Below, one piece after another: positions 9,324 to 19,358 of a stretch of 64,000 bases of DNA. Location: positions 2,784,001 through 2,848,000 of the forward strand of contig CBDBCY010000004.1 in the NCBI GenBank assembly GCA_965203555.1, written 5' to 3'. Under the pieces are notes generated by a model that saw only the letters and a list, made by a program, of their open reading frames with translations, ran no database searches and was not told the origin of the DNA. Origin of the DNA: Acidimicrobiia bacterium. GTDB lineage: Bacteria; Actinomycetota; Acidimicrobiia; Spongiisociales; ZC4RG35. A program made the position numbers and the translations under genes. How positions within the stretch are numbered: the stretch's first letter is position 1; the number at the start of each line of letters is the position of its first letter.

Positions 9324-9824
9324 TCAGCGGCTCTTCAGTATGTTGCGGACTCTTGCCCGAACCGACGGTGCCTCCGATTCGCCGGCCCTGGCCAGCATAC
9401 GGTCCGTCTCTTCCCGGTATCGAGGGAAACGAAGCGACAGTTCGTTGAATCCGTTGTAGGCCCAAGCCCTGAGGAACTTGTTGTCGCTTTCGAGACAGGA
9501 GTGCAGAAACTGCTCGAGACCGGCGCTCTCTTCCTCGGCAATATCGAGATAGGGAAGGCATTGGAGGATATGCAGTTTGCTTTCCCAATGCTCCTGATCA
9601 GAGAGTACGCCGAGAATCGCACGGGAACCTCCAGGGGAAGGGGAATGGCCCGTTTCGAGATGTCTCTTCAGCAGCCAGGTCGCCGCCCGTTGCAGTCCGA
9701 CATCCGCAGTGTGCTCCAGAACCGTCGCAAGAAAGTCATCTTCATCGCTGTATCGCTCATATGTCGACTGCAACGCGGTGGCGGACCTGTTGTCCCAGGA
9801 GGCGATCTCTTCCAATAATGTCAT
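9324..9824 (-). CDS. HEAT-repeat-like hypothetical protein
   Basis: Helical ORF from MTLLEE with NKFLRAWAYNG and SVRARVRNIL. Confidence 0.6.
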   Translation of the reverse strand: MTLLEEIASWDNRSATALQSTYERYSDEDDFLATVLEHTADVGLQRAATWLLKRHLETGHSPSPGGSRAILGVLSDQEHWESKLHILQCLPYLDIAEEESAGLEQFLHSCLESDNKFLRAWAYNGFNELSLRFPRYREETDRMLARAGESEAPSVRARVRNILKSR

Positions 9825-10149
9825 CTCACATTCGGTTCCTGCGATGTCGGGGCAGCCTTTTGGCCAGCCTACCGATGACGCCGGTCCTGGTCCGGGCACC
9901 GGGGAAGTACAAACTCGATATGGGACTCATGGCGGGGACCGTCATGCGGCGGTCAATGCTTTGGGGCGGACACCGGACCTGCGGCGCCGGCTCGTCTGAC
10001 GCGGTTCACCACCTCTACAGTGAGATGGGCCTTGCCCCGGATTTGGATTTCAAACAGCCGTATCCGAGTCGGGAGGACCCTGTAGAAGCCGACCCTACCC
10101 GCATGTGCGAACTGCCGGTAGGCCTGAGCGAGGTCGATCTGGGCCGGAT

Positions 10150-10353
10150 ATGATCAGCCGCATGGAGAGACCTGCGGTGCCGACATCGGAACCTGGTGTA
10201 GGGACCGGGGAATGCACTCTGGCGGACATTGAGGCATACGCAGGGGTAGTCGTTGACCGCACAGGGGACTACGAAGCCGGGCGAACCACCTTTTACGCCA
10301 CCCCCGAGGAGTTCCTCGATTATGTAGCGTCAGTGATGCGCGAGTCGGAGTGA
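10150..10353 (+). CDS. Putative antitoxin
   Basis: C-terminal DYEAGRTTFYATPEEFL pattern. Directly upstream of a RelE-like toxin remnant. Confidence 0.55.
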   Translation: MISRMERPAVPTSEPGVGTGECTLADIEAYAGVVVDRTGDYEAGRTTFYATPEEFLDYVASVMRESE

Positions 10354-10370
10354 CTCTTGGAGGGAGGGGG

Positions 10371-10672
10371 ATGCCCACTTTCGAGCGAACCAGAGCTTTG
10401 ATCGCGATCTTCGCCACCTCACAAGACAGCAACGGGATCGATTCTTCGTCGCCGTCATAGCCTTCATCGAGGATCTGTCGGCTATAGAGGCGGGCCGGAC
10501 GGACAGGTTCCGCCCGGGTCTTCGCGTAAAGGGAGTGCAAGGCGTACCGGGTATGTTTGAGATGACTTGGGCACCCGATGGGCGCGCCACCTTTTCGTGG
10601 GGCGAACTCGTCAGGTCAGGGAAATAGCATGTGGTGTGGGAACGTTGCGGGGACCACAGCATTCTTCCGTAA
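10371..10672 (+). pseudogene. RelE-like toxin, frameshift plus nonsense codon
   Basis: GGAGG RBS. Reconstructs to MPTFERT..FDRDLRHL...RPGLRVKGVQGVPGMFEMTWAPDGRATF...*HVVWERCGDHSILP. Confidence 0.75.
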
Positions 10673-10972
10673 CCTCAGCGCCGACTCCCATGCCTGCCCT
10701 TTGATACCGGACGCGCCGCTCCCGGCCGCCAAGGGTTGCCTGGTCGGACTCACCGCGGTGCCTTCACCCACCCCCGTCGTCGCACTCTTCCCAAGATTGC
10801 TTGACGACCCGCCTGGTGTCCAGATTGCCCCACCCCATTGCGGCCTTCGCCTTACCGACTCTGGACCTCCGAGTAGGAGTTTCCAATTCGTAGTGTCCTC
10901 TCGCTTTTAACTGTGGTGCCCTAGCGGCACTTCCGGCTGGGGTTGATGCCCCCCGGTATTGGATGCGTTCCT

Positions 10973-11767
10973 TTACTCAAGACGCTGGGCACGGAATCCA
11001 CCGTCGACATGCAGCAGTTCCCCGGTGATGAAACCTGCCTTCTCCGACAGCAGGAACACGATGGCCTCGGCCAAGTCCCCGGTGGTCCCCAGCCGTCCCA
11101 GGGGGTACTCCGCGGTGGCCGCCTCGGTGTCCAGTACTCCCTGGGCGGCGATGCGCTGCAACATGGGGGTCAGCACCATTCCAGGGATGACCTGGTTGAC
11201 CCTGATCCCGGCCGGCGCCCACTCCACCGCCAACACCCTGGTTAGTCCTGCGATCCCCGCTTTGGCGGTGGTGTAGGCGGCCCGGCCCGGAAACCCGAAG
11301 TCCTGGGCGATGGATCCCACGGTCACTATCGCCCCGCCGCCCGCATCCCTCATCGCCCGACCGGCAGCCTGGCACCAATAGAAGGTCCCGTCGATGTGGG
11401 CCTTCAGCACTTTCTGCCAGTGCTCGGCGGGCAACTCGAAACTGTCCCCGACGATATGGACACCCGCGCAGGTGACCAGCATGTCGATGGGCCGGTTCCA
11501 GTTCTCGATCTCCGCCGCCGCGGCGTTCACGGCGGCCGGGTCGGTTACATCGCACTGCACGAAGCGGACCCGGTCTCGGCCAAAGCGTTCGATCAACTCT
11601 GCGGACCGGCCTTCGTTCAGGTCGACCAGCGCGCAGGCCACGTCCGGGCGTTTTTGCAGTAGCAGTTCGGCGGTTTTCCAGCCGATCCCGCTGGCACCGC
11701 CGGTGATCGTCGCCACGGAACGGACTCGAATACTAATTCTCTTTCCTACTTTCCGCTCTTCGATCAC
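10973..11767 (-). CDS. SDR family oxidoreductase
   Basis: TGGASGIG, YTTAK, IRVNQVIPG, VDGG. Confidence 0.92.
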   Translation of the reverse strand: MIEERKVGKRISIRVRSVATITGGASGIGWKTAELLLQKRPDVACALVDLNEGRSAELIERFGRDRVRFVQCDVTDPAAVNAAAAEIENWNRPIDMLVTCAGVHIVGDSFELPAEHWQKVLKAHIDGTFYWCQAAGRAMRDAGGGAIVTVGSIAQDFGFPGRAAYTTAKAGIAGLTRVLAVEWAPAGIRVNQVIPGMVLTPMLQRIAAQGVLDTEAATAEYPLGRLGTTGDLAEAIVFLLSEKAGFITGELLHVDGGFRAQRLE

Positions 11768-11873
11768 GCAGTTTCATGACGATCGGGGTCACCTCGGGCC
11801 AGATGGGTTCCCATTGACTTCCCACAATGGATCGTAGCCACCCCAGAGGCTTTCTGGTGGGACACGCAACTGA

Positions 11874-13025
11874 TCAGCGCAACAGGACGACGCCGAAGAG
11901 CGGCACCAGGATGAACATTCCCAGCACGTAGGCCAAGGCCAGCGAGCGTCGCGCCACTGCCACCTTGGCGAGAGTTTCGGCCCCGCGGATGGGAATCTGC
12001 CTAAGGGTGGTGAACGGGTAGAGCAGCAGGATCCCTCCGACATTGAACAACGTGTGGACCAGCGCGATGGTGAGCGCTTCGGGCCGACTCGTCGCCAGAG
12101 CCGCCAGCAGTGCCGTGATGGTGGTGCCCACATTGGCGCCCAGGGTGACCGGAAAAGCGTTGTGCAGCGACAGAACCCCGGCGGCGGACAACGGGATCAG
12201 CAACGAGGTGGTGATGCTCGACGACTGCACAGAGATCGTGACCAGCGCCCCCACCACCAGGGCCACCACACCGCTGCCTTTGCCGAGAGCCCTGTTCAGG
12301 GACCGCTCCACGCGGTCGGCCACCAGGCGGCGCATGTTCTTGGTTACGAACGCCAGCGCTACCAACACGCTCACGATCCCACAGGCGACGAGTAGCGTGC
12401 CGAGCGTGTTGCCATCTGCTCCGAGGCTGTTCCACAGGTTCTCAAGCCAGCCGACCGGTTCCTTGACCAATGCCTTTATAGGACTCTTCCACTCAGTGCC
12501 GGCCGCACCGACCAGGGGTTCGCTGATTCGTTCGGCCAGGCTCGAAATGGCGCTGGTGAGCAACTCCAGCGGCAACAGAACCGTGACGATCACGACGTTG
12601 AAAAAGTCGTGCACCGTCGCTGCCTCGAAGGCCCGTTTGAACTCCGCGGACCTCCTCATGTGGGCGAGCGACACCAGCGTATTGGTCACCGTCGTGCCGA
12701 TGTTGGCGCCCATCACCATCGGTATGGCGTGTTCGAAACCCAACACACCGGAGGCCACCAGGCCGACTATCACCGATGTGCTGGCCGAAGACGACTGCAC
12801 CAGCACGGTTCCGAGAATCCCTACAAAGAGCCCGGCGAGCGGGTTGCTAACGCTGGAGAAGAGGCTCTCCTGGGTGTCGGCGCCCAGGAGTTTGATGCCG
12901 GACTCCAGTGAAGAGACGCCAACGAGGAACACATAGATCAGGCCCACTACGAGTCCGGCCCTTGCCAGAGGCGGCATCAAGCGATCACCCTCCAAGCCGT
13001 CACCCGCCCTGGTCGAAATTCTCAT
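11874..13025 (-). CDS. Na+/phosphate symporter family protein
   Basis: Two QSSS / GANIGTT(GANVGTT) repeats. Start is 13025 or 12977. Confidence 0.9.
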   Translation of the reverse strand: MRISTRAGDGLEGDRLMPPLARAGLVVGLIYVFLVGVSSLESGIKLLGADTQESLFSSVSNPLAGLFVGILGTVLVQSSSASTSVIVGLVASGVLGFEHAIPMVMGANIGTTVTNTLVSLAHMRRSAEFKRAFEAATVHDFFNVVIVTVLLPLELLTSAISSLAERISEPLVGAAGTEWKSPIKALVKEPVGWLENLWNSLGADGNTLGTLLVACGIVSVLVALAFVTKNMRRLVADRVERSLNRALGKGSGVVALVVGALVTISVQSSSITTSLLIPLSAAGVLSLHNAFPVTLGANVGTTITALLAALATSRPEALTIALVHTLFNVGGILLLYPFTTLRQIPIRGAETLAKVAVARRSLALAYVLGMFILVPLFGVVLLR

Positions 13026-13696
13026 GTGGTCGACATCGTCACAGAGCGTGGGCAGCCTGCGGTATTCGGCAGCTTGATTGGTGCCTCCGGGGCCGACCGC
13101 GGGTACAGGATGCCGCGCTCGGTCCTCCGGACACCGGGGAACCCTTCTCTGCTCAATCCCATGGAACTGAGATCCCGGCGCCACTGCCATGACCATCCGC
13201 GCCGCACGTCCGCGACGCCGGCCCGGTTGTCCCAACGTGCTCGGCGAGGTGGAGGTGTCTTGTCACGTGGTCAAGCGTTCCTGCGCCCGGTCTCGCAATG
13301 GCATCTGGTGGGAGGTGAACTCTTTGTCGGTCCTGACGCGGTGACTCCGGGCGCCAAGCAACTGCCTGATAAGTCAGTTTGGGCCTGTGCCTCGAAGGTG
13401 GCCCACTGCCCGGATGCAGTGGGCCGGGTCGCTGGGAGTCTCACGGTTCTTCGTTTGACCACGACCACATGATATCGCGATGTCTCGGCACTGCCTCGAC
13501 CCTACCGGGATTTCCTCGACGAAATCAGGTGCTCCAGGCCGGCTCTCCTTTCAGGTGGTAAACCTGACGTCGCCAGGCCAACCGACACGCCCGGGGCGTT
13601 CTCAGATGCGAGGCATCATGGGCCCCAGGTGCGCCATTTTCAGGGTCTAGGGCAGCCAAATCACAGTAAACCGTGCGCGGTCCATTTGGCAGGGTT

Positions 13697-13779
13697 GCAC
13701 TCGGCGGTGTTTTTCCTGTACGCCAATCGGCAGGCCGACGCCATCGTTTTCCGAAAGGACCTGGCCCGGCTGGAAGAGG
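13697..13779 (+). repeat. 83-bp diverged copy of an internal segment of the oxygenase reductase gene (16740-16822)
   Basis: Ungapped alignment by eye with 8 mismatches in 83. Confidence 0.85.
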
Positions 13780-13908
13780 GTGACTTCGCCGATTCTTGAT
13801 ATTGCCAAAGGATTCTCAATTGCGGTGTCCCCTCTCAAAATGTGGTGTCCGCCCGGAACTGTCCCTGCTGAAGGCCAGGTCATGGAAGGACACCTAGCAT
13901 TGGGTTTT

Positions 13909-15063
13909 ATGACTCACTCCCTGCTGGAGGCGGCCCGCGCGCTGGGTCCTGCTATCAGCGCCCGCTCGGCGGAGATCGAGGCGCTGGGCACGCTGCCGAC
14001 GGATCTGGTTGATGAGATCAGGCCCACCGGGGCGTTCCGCCAGTGCGTGCCCGACGATCTGGGCGGACCGGGAGTGACCGCCACCGAGAGCCTGACCGTC
14101 TTCGAGGAGTTCGCCTATCACGACGGATCGGTCGGCTGGTGCGTGGCCATCGCATCCGCCACGTCACTGCTGGCCTCGTACCTGCCCGATCCCCATGCCG
14201 AGGCCCTGTTCGGCGATCCCGGGGCGATCGGCGGAGGATTCGTGATGCCCCGAGGGCGAGCGACGCCGACCGACGGCGGCCTGCGGGTGTCGGGACGCTG
14301 GCAGTGGGGGTCCGGCACCAAGCACTGCACCACCATCGGGGGCGGTTGTCTGGTGGTCGGCCCCGACGGGCGGCCCGAGCCGCGGGGCGACGGCCTGGCC
14401 GCGCCGTTCGTGTTCATGGATCCCCAGGACATCCGGTTCATCGACACTTGGGACGTGGCCGGCCTGGCCGGCACCGGCTCGGTCGACTTCGAGGCCCGGG
14501 ATGCGTTCGTTCCCGAGGGGCGCTGGGTGCAGATCCTCACCGACAGGCCGGTCCGGGACAACGTCTGGTCCCGATTCTCGTTCTTCGGGTATCTGGCCTG
14601 CGGGGTGGCGGCCACGGCGGTGGGAATCGCCCGCCGCTCCATCGACGAGTTGCTGGAGCTGGCCGGGGCGAAGAAGCCGCAGGGCAGCACGCGCACACTG
14701 GCCGAGCGGGCCGCCACGCAGTACGAGACGGCGCGGGCGGAAGTGAGGCTGGCGGCGGCCTGGTCCCTGATGCTCGATGCGGTGGAGGACACATGGCAGG
14801 TTTCGTCGGCGGGTGGGCGGTCAACCATCGATCAGAGGCGACGGATCCGCCTCGCAGCCACCCACGCCACCCAGACGGCGGCCGGTGTGGCCTCGTCGAT
14901 GTTCACGACCGCGGGTGGGGCGGCGGTGTATCGCACAAGCCCCGTCCAGCGCTGCTTCCGAGACAGCGCGGTGGCGGCCCAGCACGCCATGGTGGCGCCG
15001 CGAACCCTGGAAACCGCCGGCCGCCTGCGCATGGGGCTGCCCACCGACACCACCACGCTGTGA
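13909..15063 (+). CDS. Acyl-CoA dehydrogenase-fold flavin-dependent monooxygenase (HsaA-like)
   Basis: DGSVGW, SGRWQWGSG, DTWDVAGLAGTGS, QRCFRD...QH. Confidence 0.85.
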   Translation: MTHSLLEAARALGPAISARSAEIEALGTLPTDLVDEIRPTGAFRQCVPDDLGGPGVTATESLTVFEEFAYHDGSVGWCVAIASATSLLASYLPDPHAEALFGDPGAIGGGFVMPRGRATPTDGGLRVSGRWQWGSGTKHCTTIGGGCLVVGPDGRPEPRGDGLAAPFVFMDPQDIRFIDTWDVAGLAGTGSVDFEARDAFVPEGRWVQILTDRPVRDNVWSRFSFFGYLACGVAATAVGIARRSIDELLELAGAKKPQGSTRTLAERAATQYETARAEVRLAAAWSLMLDAVEDTWQVSSAGGRSTIDQRRRIRLAATHATQTAAGVASSMFTTAGGAAVYRTSPVQRCFRDSAVAAQHAMVAPRTLETAGRLRMGLPTDTTTL

Positions 15064-15172
15064 TCGGGTGCTGACCCGTTCTGGTCGGTCAGCGCCATGT
15101 GGGTGATTCCGGCGATAGTGGTCATCGTTATCGACCTGTTACCCGGCGCCTCGGTTTGGCTGGGAGACACCG

Positions 15173-16321
15173 GTGGGTAGTCGACGCAGGATGCCGATCC
15201 TGCCGGTCGAGGCGTACACCTCCCGGGAATGGTTCGACCGCGAGCAGGAGCGCATATTCTCTCGAACCTGGGCCTTTGCGGGCCTGGCCGGGGACATCGG
15301 CGAGCCGGGCCGGTACACCTCGGTCCAGGCCGGGCTGAACAACATCTTCATCGTGATGGGACGCGATCGCCGGTTGAGGGCCTTTCACAACATCTGCCGT
15401 CACCGGGGGACCCAGTTGCTGAGGGCGGTGGGCAACACCCAGCGGGCCATCGTCTGCCCCTACCACGACTGGACCTATGACCTGGAGGGGAGTCTCATCT
15501 CCGTGCCCAACCGGGAGCGGGAGTTCCCCGACCTGGACATGGCCTGCCTCGGGTTGAAGAAGGCCTCGGTCGACCTGTGGCGCGGGATGCTGTGGGTGCA
15601 CCCCGACTCCCATGCCGGATCGATCATGGAATGGTTCGGAGAGGTGGAACCGCACCTGGGCCCTCACGACGTCGATCGACTGGTGGAGTACCCCAAGGGC
15701 CGGACGGAATACGAGATCGCCGCCAACTGGAAGATCGTGGTGGAGAACTACATCGACGGCTACCACCTGGGGCATCTTCACTCCGGCACCCTGGCGATGT
15801 ACGACCACTCGCGCATCGAATCGGGTTTCGTCGGCCCCCACTTTGCCTTCTGGGAACCGTTGGCGCCCGAGTACGCCGAGGAGGTGGAGAAGAAAGCGCC
15901 GTACCCCCTGGTGGTCCCGCCTGACCGGTTGGGAGCGTGGGTGCCGATGCTGTTCCCGGGCATCGGGTTGGGGGAGACCGAGAGTTCCTGGTCGGTGTTC
16001 CATGTGACCCCGTTGACGCCCGACCGGACCCGGGTGGTGATTCGCACCAAGGTGGCCGACGCCTCTTCGTGGGCATTCGGGTGGCAGTCCATCCGGTCCT
16101 ACGGTTTCTGGGCCAGGCGAAGCGGCGGCAAATACGAAGGCGACTCCTCCGACCCGATGGCCTCCGGCGATTTCATGGCCGAGGACGTCTACGCCTGTGA
16201 ACAGCAGCAACGGTCGCTTCGAAGCCCTCATTTCCGGCACGGTCCCTCCTCCATCAGGGGCGAGGCGGGAGTGCGGCGGCACCAGGAGTTGATTCTCGAG
16301 TGGGTGGAAGGGAGTCGGTGA
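15173..16321 (+). CDS. Rieske non-heme iron oxygenase, alpha subunit
   Basis: CRHRG...CPYHDW Rieske motif; NWKIVVENYIDGYHLGHLH and EDVYACE mononuclear Fe ligands. Confidence 0.93.
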   Translation: MGSRRRMPILPVEAYTSREWFDREQERIFSRTWAFAGLAGDIGEPGRYTSVQAGLNNIFIVMGRDRRLRAFHNICRHRGTQLLRAVGNTQRAIVCPYHDWTYDLEGSLISVPNREREFPDLDMACLGLKKASVDLWRGMLWVHPDSHAGSIMEWFGEVEPHLGPHDVDRLVEYPKGRTEYEIAANWKIVVENYIDGYHLGHLHSGTLAMYDHSRIESGFVGPHFAFWEPLAPEYAEEVEKKAPYPLVVPPDRLGAWVPMLFPGIGLGETESSWSVFHVTPLTPDRTRVVIRTKVADASSWAFGWQSIRSYGFWARRSGGKYEGDSSDPMASGDFMAEDVYACEQQQRSLRSPHFRHGPSSIRGEAGVRRHQELILEWVEGSR

Positions 16322-17376
16322 AGGGCAGGTTCCATCGGCTCCGGGTGCTCCGGACGCGAGCCGAGACGAGGGACGCCACCAGCCTGTTCTTCCACGTGCC
16401 CCCTTCGCTGAGGGAAACGTTTCGCTGGCTGGCCGGTCAGCACGTCACTGTTCGTTTTGACCTCGATGGCCGGGAGAGACGGCGATCCTATTCCATCTCC
16501 GAGACTCCCCTTGCAGGGCGCCCTTTGAGCATCACCGTCAAGCGGGTTCGTGGAGGGCTGGTCTCCAACCACATTAATCAGAATGTGGTCCCGGGGGAGA
16601 TCATCGACGTCATGCCGCCCTTCGGGGGGTTCTGTCTCGAACCGGACACCCGGGCGCGCCGGACCTACTACTTCTTCGGCGCGGGAAGCGGCATCACGCC
16701 CCTGTACTCGATGCTGTGCTCGGTCCTTTCGGCGGAGCCGCACTCGGCGGTGCTTCTCCTGTACGGCAATCGGCATGCCGACGCCATCATATTCCGAGGG
16801 GACCTGGCCCGGCTGGAAGAGGACTCGGAAGGGCGTTTGACGGTCCGGCACGTCCTGTCGTCTCCTTCCCGGAAGCCTTCGTTCCAGCCTTGGCGGCGCG
16901 GCAGGATAGACGCAGAGAAAGTCGCCGGGTTTATCGAGGAGCATCCCCCCTACGCCCAGGACACCCGGCACTACATCTGCGGCCCGGGCGACATGAACCT
17001 GGTGGTTCGGCAGGCATTGCTCGGGATTGACGTGGCGGAGGAGCGCATCCACACCGAAAGCTACGGACCGGTCTTGCCCCCGGACGATTCGATTCCGGGG
17101 GTTGCCGCAGCTATGAGAGTGCGGCTGGATGGGAAGTTGCTCCCGGTGCCGGTCGCTTCGGGCCAGACAATTCTGGGTGCGGTGCGGGCTGCCGGGGGAC
17201 GGCCCCCTTACTCATGTGAGTCGGGAGTTTGCGGGGCGTGCCGGGCTCGCCTGCGGGGAGGCTCCGTGCATCTGCGGGCGCGGATGGCGCTCACCGATGC
17301 CGAGGTGTCCCGCGGCGTCATCCTCACCTGCCAGGCCCTGCCCACCACCTCCCAGGTCGCGGTGGAATACGACTGA
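16318..17376 (+). CDS. Oxygenase reductase (FAD/NAD-binding + 2Fe-2S; PaaE/KshB-like)
   Basis: RRSYSI, GAGSGITP, YICGP, CESGVCGAC...LTCQ. GTGA overlap with the oxygenase. Confidence 0.93.
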   Translation: MKGRFHRLRVLRTRAETRDATSLFFHVPPSLRETFRWLAGQHVTVRFDLDGRERRRSYSISETPLAGRPLSITVKRVRGGLVSNHINQNVVPGEIIDVMPPFGGFCLEPDTRARRTYYFFGAGSGITPLYSMLCSVLSAEPHSAVLLLYGNRHADAIIFRGDLARLEEDSEGRLTVRHVLSSPSRKPSFQPWRRGRIDAEKVAGFIEEHPPYAQDTRHYICGPGDMNLVVRQALLGIDVAEERIHTESYGPVLPPDDSIPGVAAAMRVRLDGKLLPVPVASGQTILGAVRAAGGRPPYSCESGVCGACRARLRGGSVHLRARMALTDAEVSRGVILTCQALPTTSQVAVEYD

Positions 17377-17621
17377 CAGGACCAAGGCGTTCGATCCTTA
17401 CTTCCTCCTCCCGGTGGTTCGGCGCCTCGAGGTTGACTACCCGAGCGCAGCTTTGTCGGCGGCTTGCGTCACCTGTACCTGCACACCGCGGGTTCATCAG
17501 GAACACACATGGGTAACCTCATCTGAAACAGCGACGTGTTCAAGCAAGAGATGCGCTTTCCAGCCGAGTCGTACAGTCGGATCGGCATTGATCACAACTT
17601 TGTGCGTCCGAATCACGTTCT

Positions 17622-18212
17622 ATGCGGGTTGTCGTAGCTGTCTTAGTTGCCGGGCTTGTGGCGAGTTGCAACGGAAGCGACGGCAAGGAGACGATCGAGG
17701 GTCAGTTGTCCCACAGGGATGTGAAATGCCGGGAGGCAATCGATGTGGTAGAGGCGCCTGGTCCCTTTTACAGAGTCCACGGCGCCGGTGACGGGTTCAT
17801 TGCGTTGCCCAAAGAGCAGATGCAACTCGGGCGGCGGGGGGAGGCGGGTTCGGGCTACGAGGACTACCGGTTCTCCAAGTTCGGGTTGCCTGTGCGCCGT
17901 TTCCGTCAGGTGTCGCTCGAGATCGTCGGGGCCCCCGACAAGGCGATGCTCAGCTATGGCGGGGGTGATTCGGCGCCGGTCGGAGCTTTGACCGCCGGAC
18001 CCTGTGACACGGATGGTGATGAATGTGTTATCGAGCCCACCGAGCAGATGAGTGTCGGGCCTTGCGGCTCGGATCGCGGCGAATGGGTTGTGTGGGCGGG
18101 CGGAATCTGGGTGAACGAGCCCGGCTGTGTTGAACTCGTCGCCAAGTCCGATGACGAGGAGATCGCGGCGTGGCTGGCAGTCGGCGCCTCCTGCGACGGG
18201 GTAGCTGCGTAG
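17622..18212 (+). CDS. Hypothetical lipoprotein
   Basis: Signal peptide with lipobox LVASC; Cys-rich mature part. Confidence 0.6.
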   Translation: MRVVVAVLVAGLVASCNGSDGKETIEGQLSHRDVKCREAIDVVEAPGPFYRVHGAGDGFIALPKEQMQLGRRGEAGSGYEDYRFSKFGLPVRRFRQVSLEIVGAPDKAMLSYGGGDSAPVGALTAGPCDTDGDECVIEPTEQMSVGPCGSDRGEWVVWAGGIWVNEPGCVELVAKSDDEEIAAWLAVGASCDGVAA

Positions 18213-18414
18213 TGGTGGGCGAACGCTGCCGGTTGAGTCGCCTTGGCCTGAACCTGCCAGGTACGAGGCGCGCGGGGGCATATGCGCCCTGTTCCGCAGG
18301 AGTCGGCATCCTGATTCAGGCGGCATGCCCGGTGCCGACCATCCGATCCCAGAGCCTTCGTGAGGTGTAGGTTGAGGGGGATGGAATGCCTGGGGGTACC
18401 GTAGGAGGTCGGCT

Positions 18415-19131
18415 ATGCGACTGCTTGTCTTTCAGCACATCGATTGCGAACATCCCGGTCGCCTGCGCGACTTTCTGCGGGCCGACGGTGTCGAGTGGAC
18501 CGCGGTGGAACTCGACAGGGGCGACCCGATCCCGCCTCTGGAGGACTACGACGCCCTGTGGGTGATGGGCGGTCCCATGGATGTGTGGGATGTGGACGAG
18601 CACCCGTGGCTCGTGCAGGAAAAGCGGGCCATCCGGCGCTGGGTGCGGGAGATGGAGCGACCCTTTTTGGGCCTGTGTCTGGGACACCAGTTGCTGGCGG
18701 ATGCCCTGGGCGGCACTTGTGGCCCACAGCGCCCGCCCGAGATCGGCGTATACGCCGTGGAGCTGACGTCCGAGGGCCGGGCCGATCCGATCTTCGACCG
18801 GATGGGCGAGCGCCAGGTCGTCCTGCAGTGGCACTCGGTGCGGGTGGCCCAGCCGCCCGATGACGCGGTGGTGCTGGCGAGTTCCCCGTACTGCCGGGTG
18901 CAGGCCATGCGGGTGGGCCGGCGGGCGTGGTCGATGCAATACCACCTGGAGGTGGAGAGGGACACGGTCCGCAATTGGGGTGCGGTCGATGCCTACCGGG
19001 AGGCTCTGGAATCGGCCCTCGGTCCTGACGCCATCGACTCCCTGGCCGCCGAAGCCGACCACCACATGGAGGGCTTCGCGGTGGCCGCCCGGCGCCTGTA
19101 CCGCAACTTCATGGCTGCCGCCTGCTCATGA
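18415..19131 (+). CDS. Class I glutamine amidotransferase
   Basis: MGGPM, GLCLGHQLLA, QYHLE; AGGAGG RBS. Confidence 0.92.
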   Translation: MRLLVFQHIDCEHPGRLRDFLRADGVEWTAVELDRGDPIPPLEDYDALWVMGGPMDVWDVDEHPWLVQEKRAIRRWVREMERPFLGLCLGHQLLADALGGTCGPQRPPEIGVYAVELTSEGRADPIFDRMGERQVVLQWHSVRVAQPPDDAVVLASSPYCRVQAMRVGRRAWSMQYHLEVERDTVRNWGAVDAYREALESALGPDAIDSLAAEADHHMEGFAVAARRLYRNFMAAACS

Positions 19132-19358
19132 CAGCCCTGGAAGGTCGAATGTCAGAAGTTAGGCCTGGTGGGTTCCTCCGGATGCTCGTCCCGGGGGAGG
19201 GCGCCCGCCTGGGAGAATGACATGAGCTGTCCGCAGCAGCGAGACAGGTTACAGACGCCGCATCGGTTGGTGCCGCTTACCTGTTGGACAGGGAAACCAG
19301 GATCACAGGGGGGTTGCTGTGGTGTTGAGAAGTCCCGCTGGTCAGTAGATTTGTCCGG

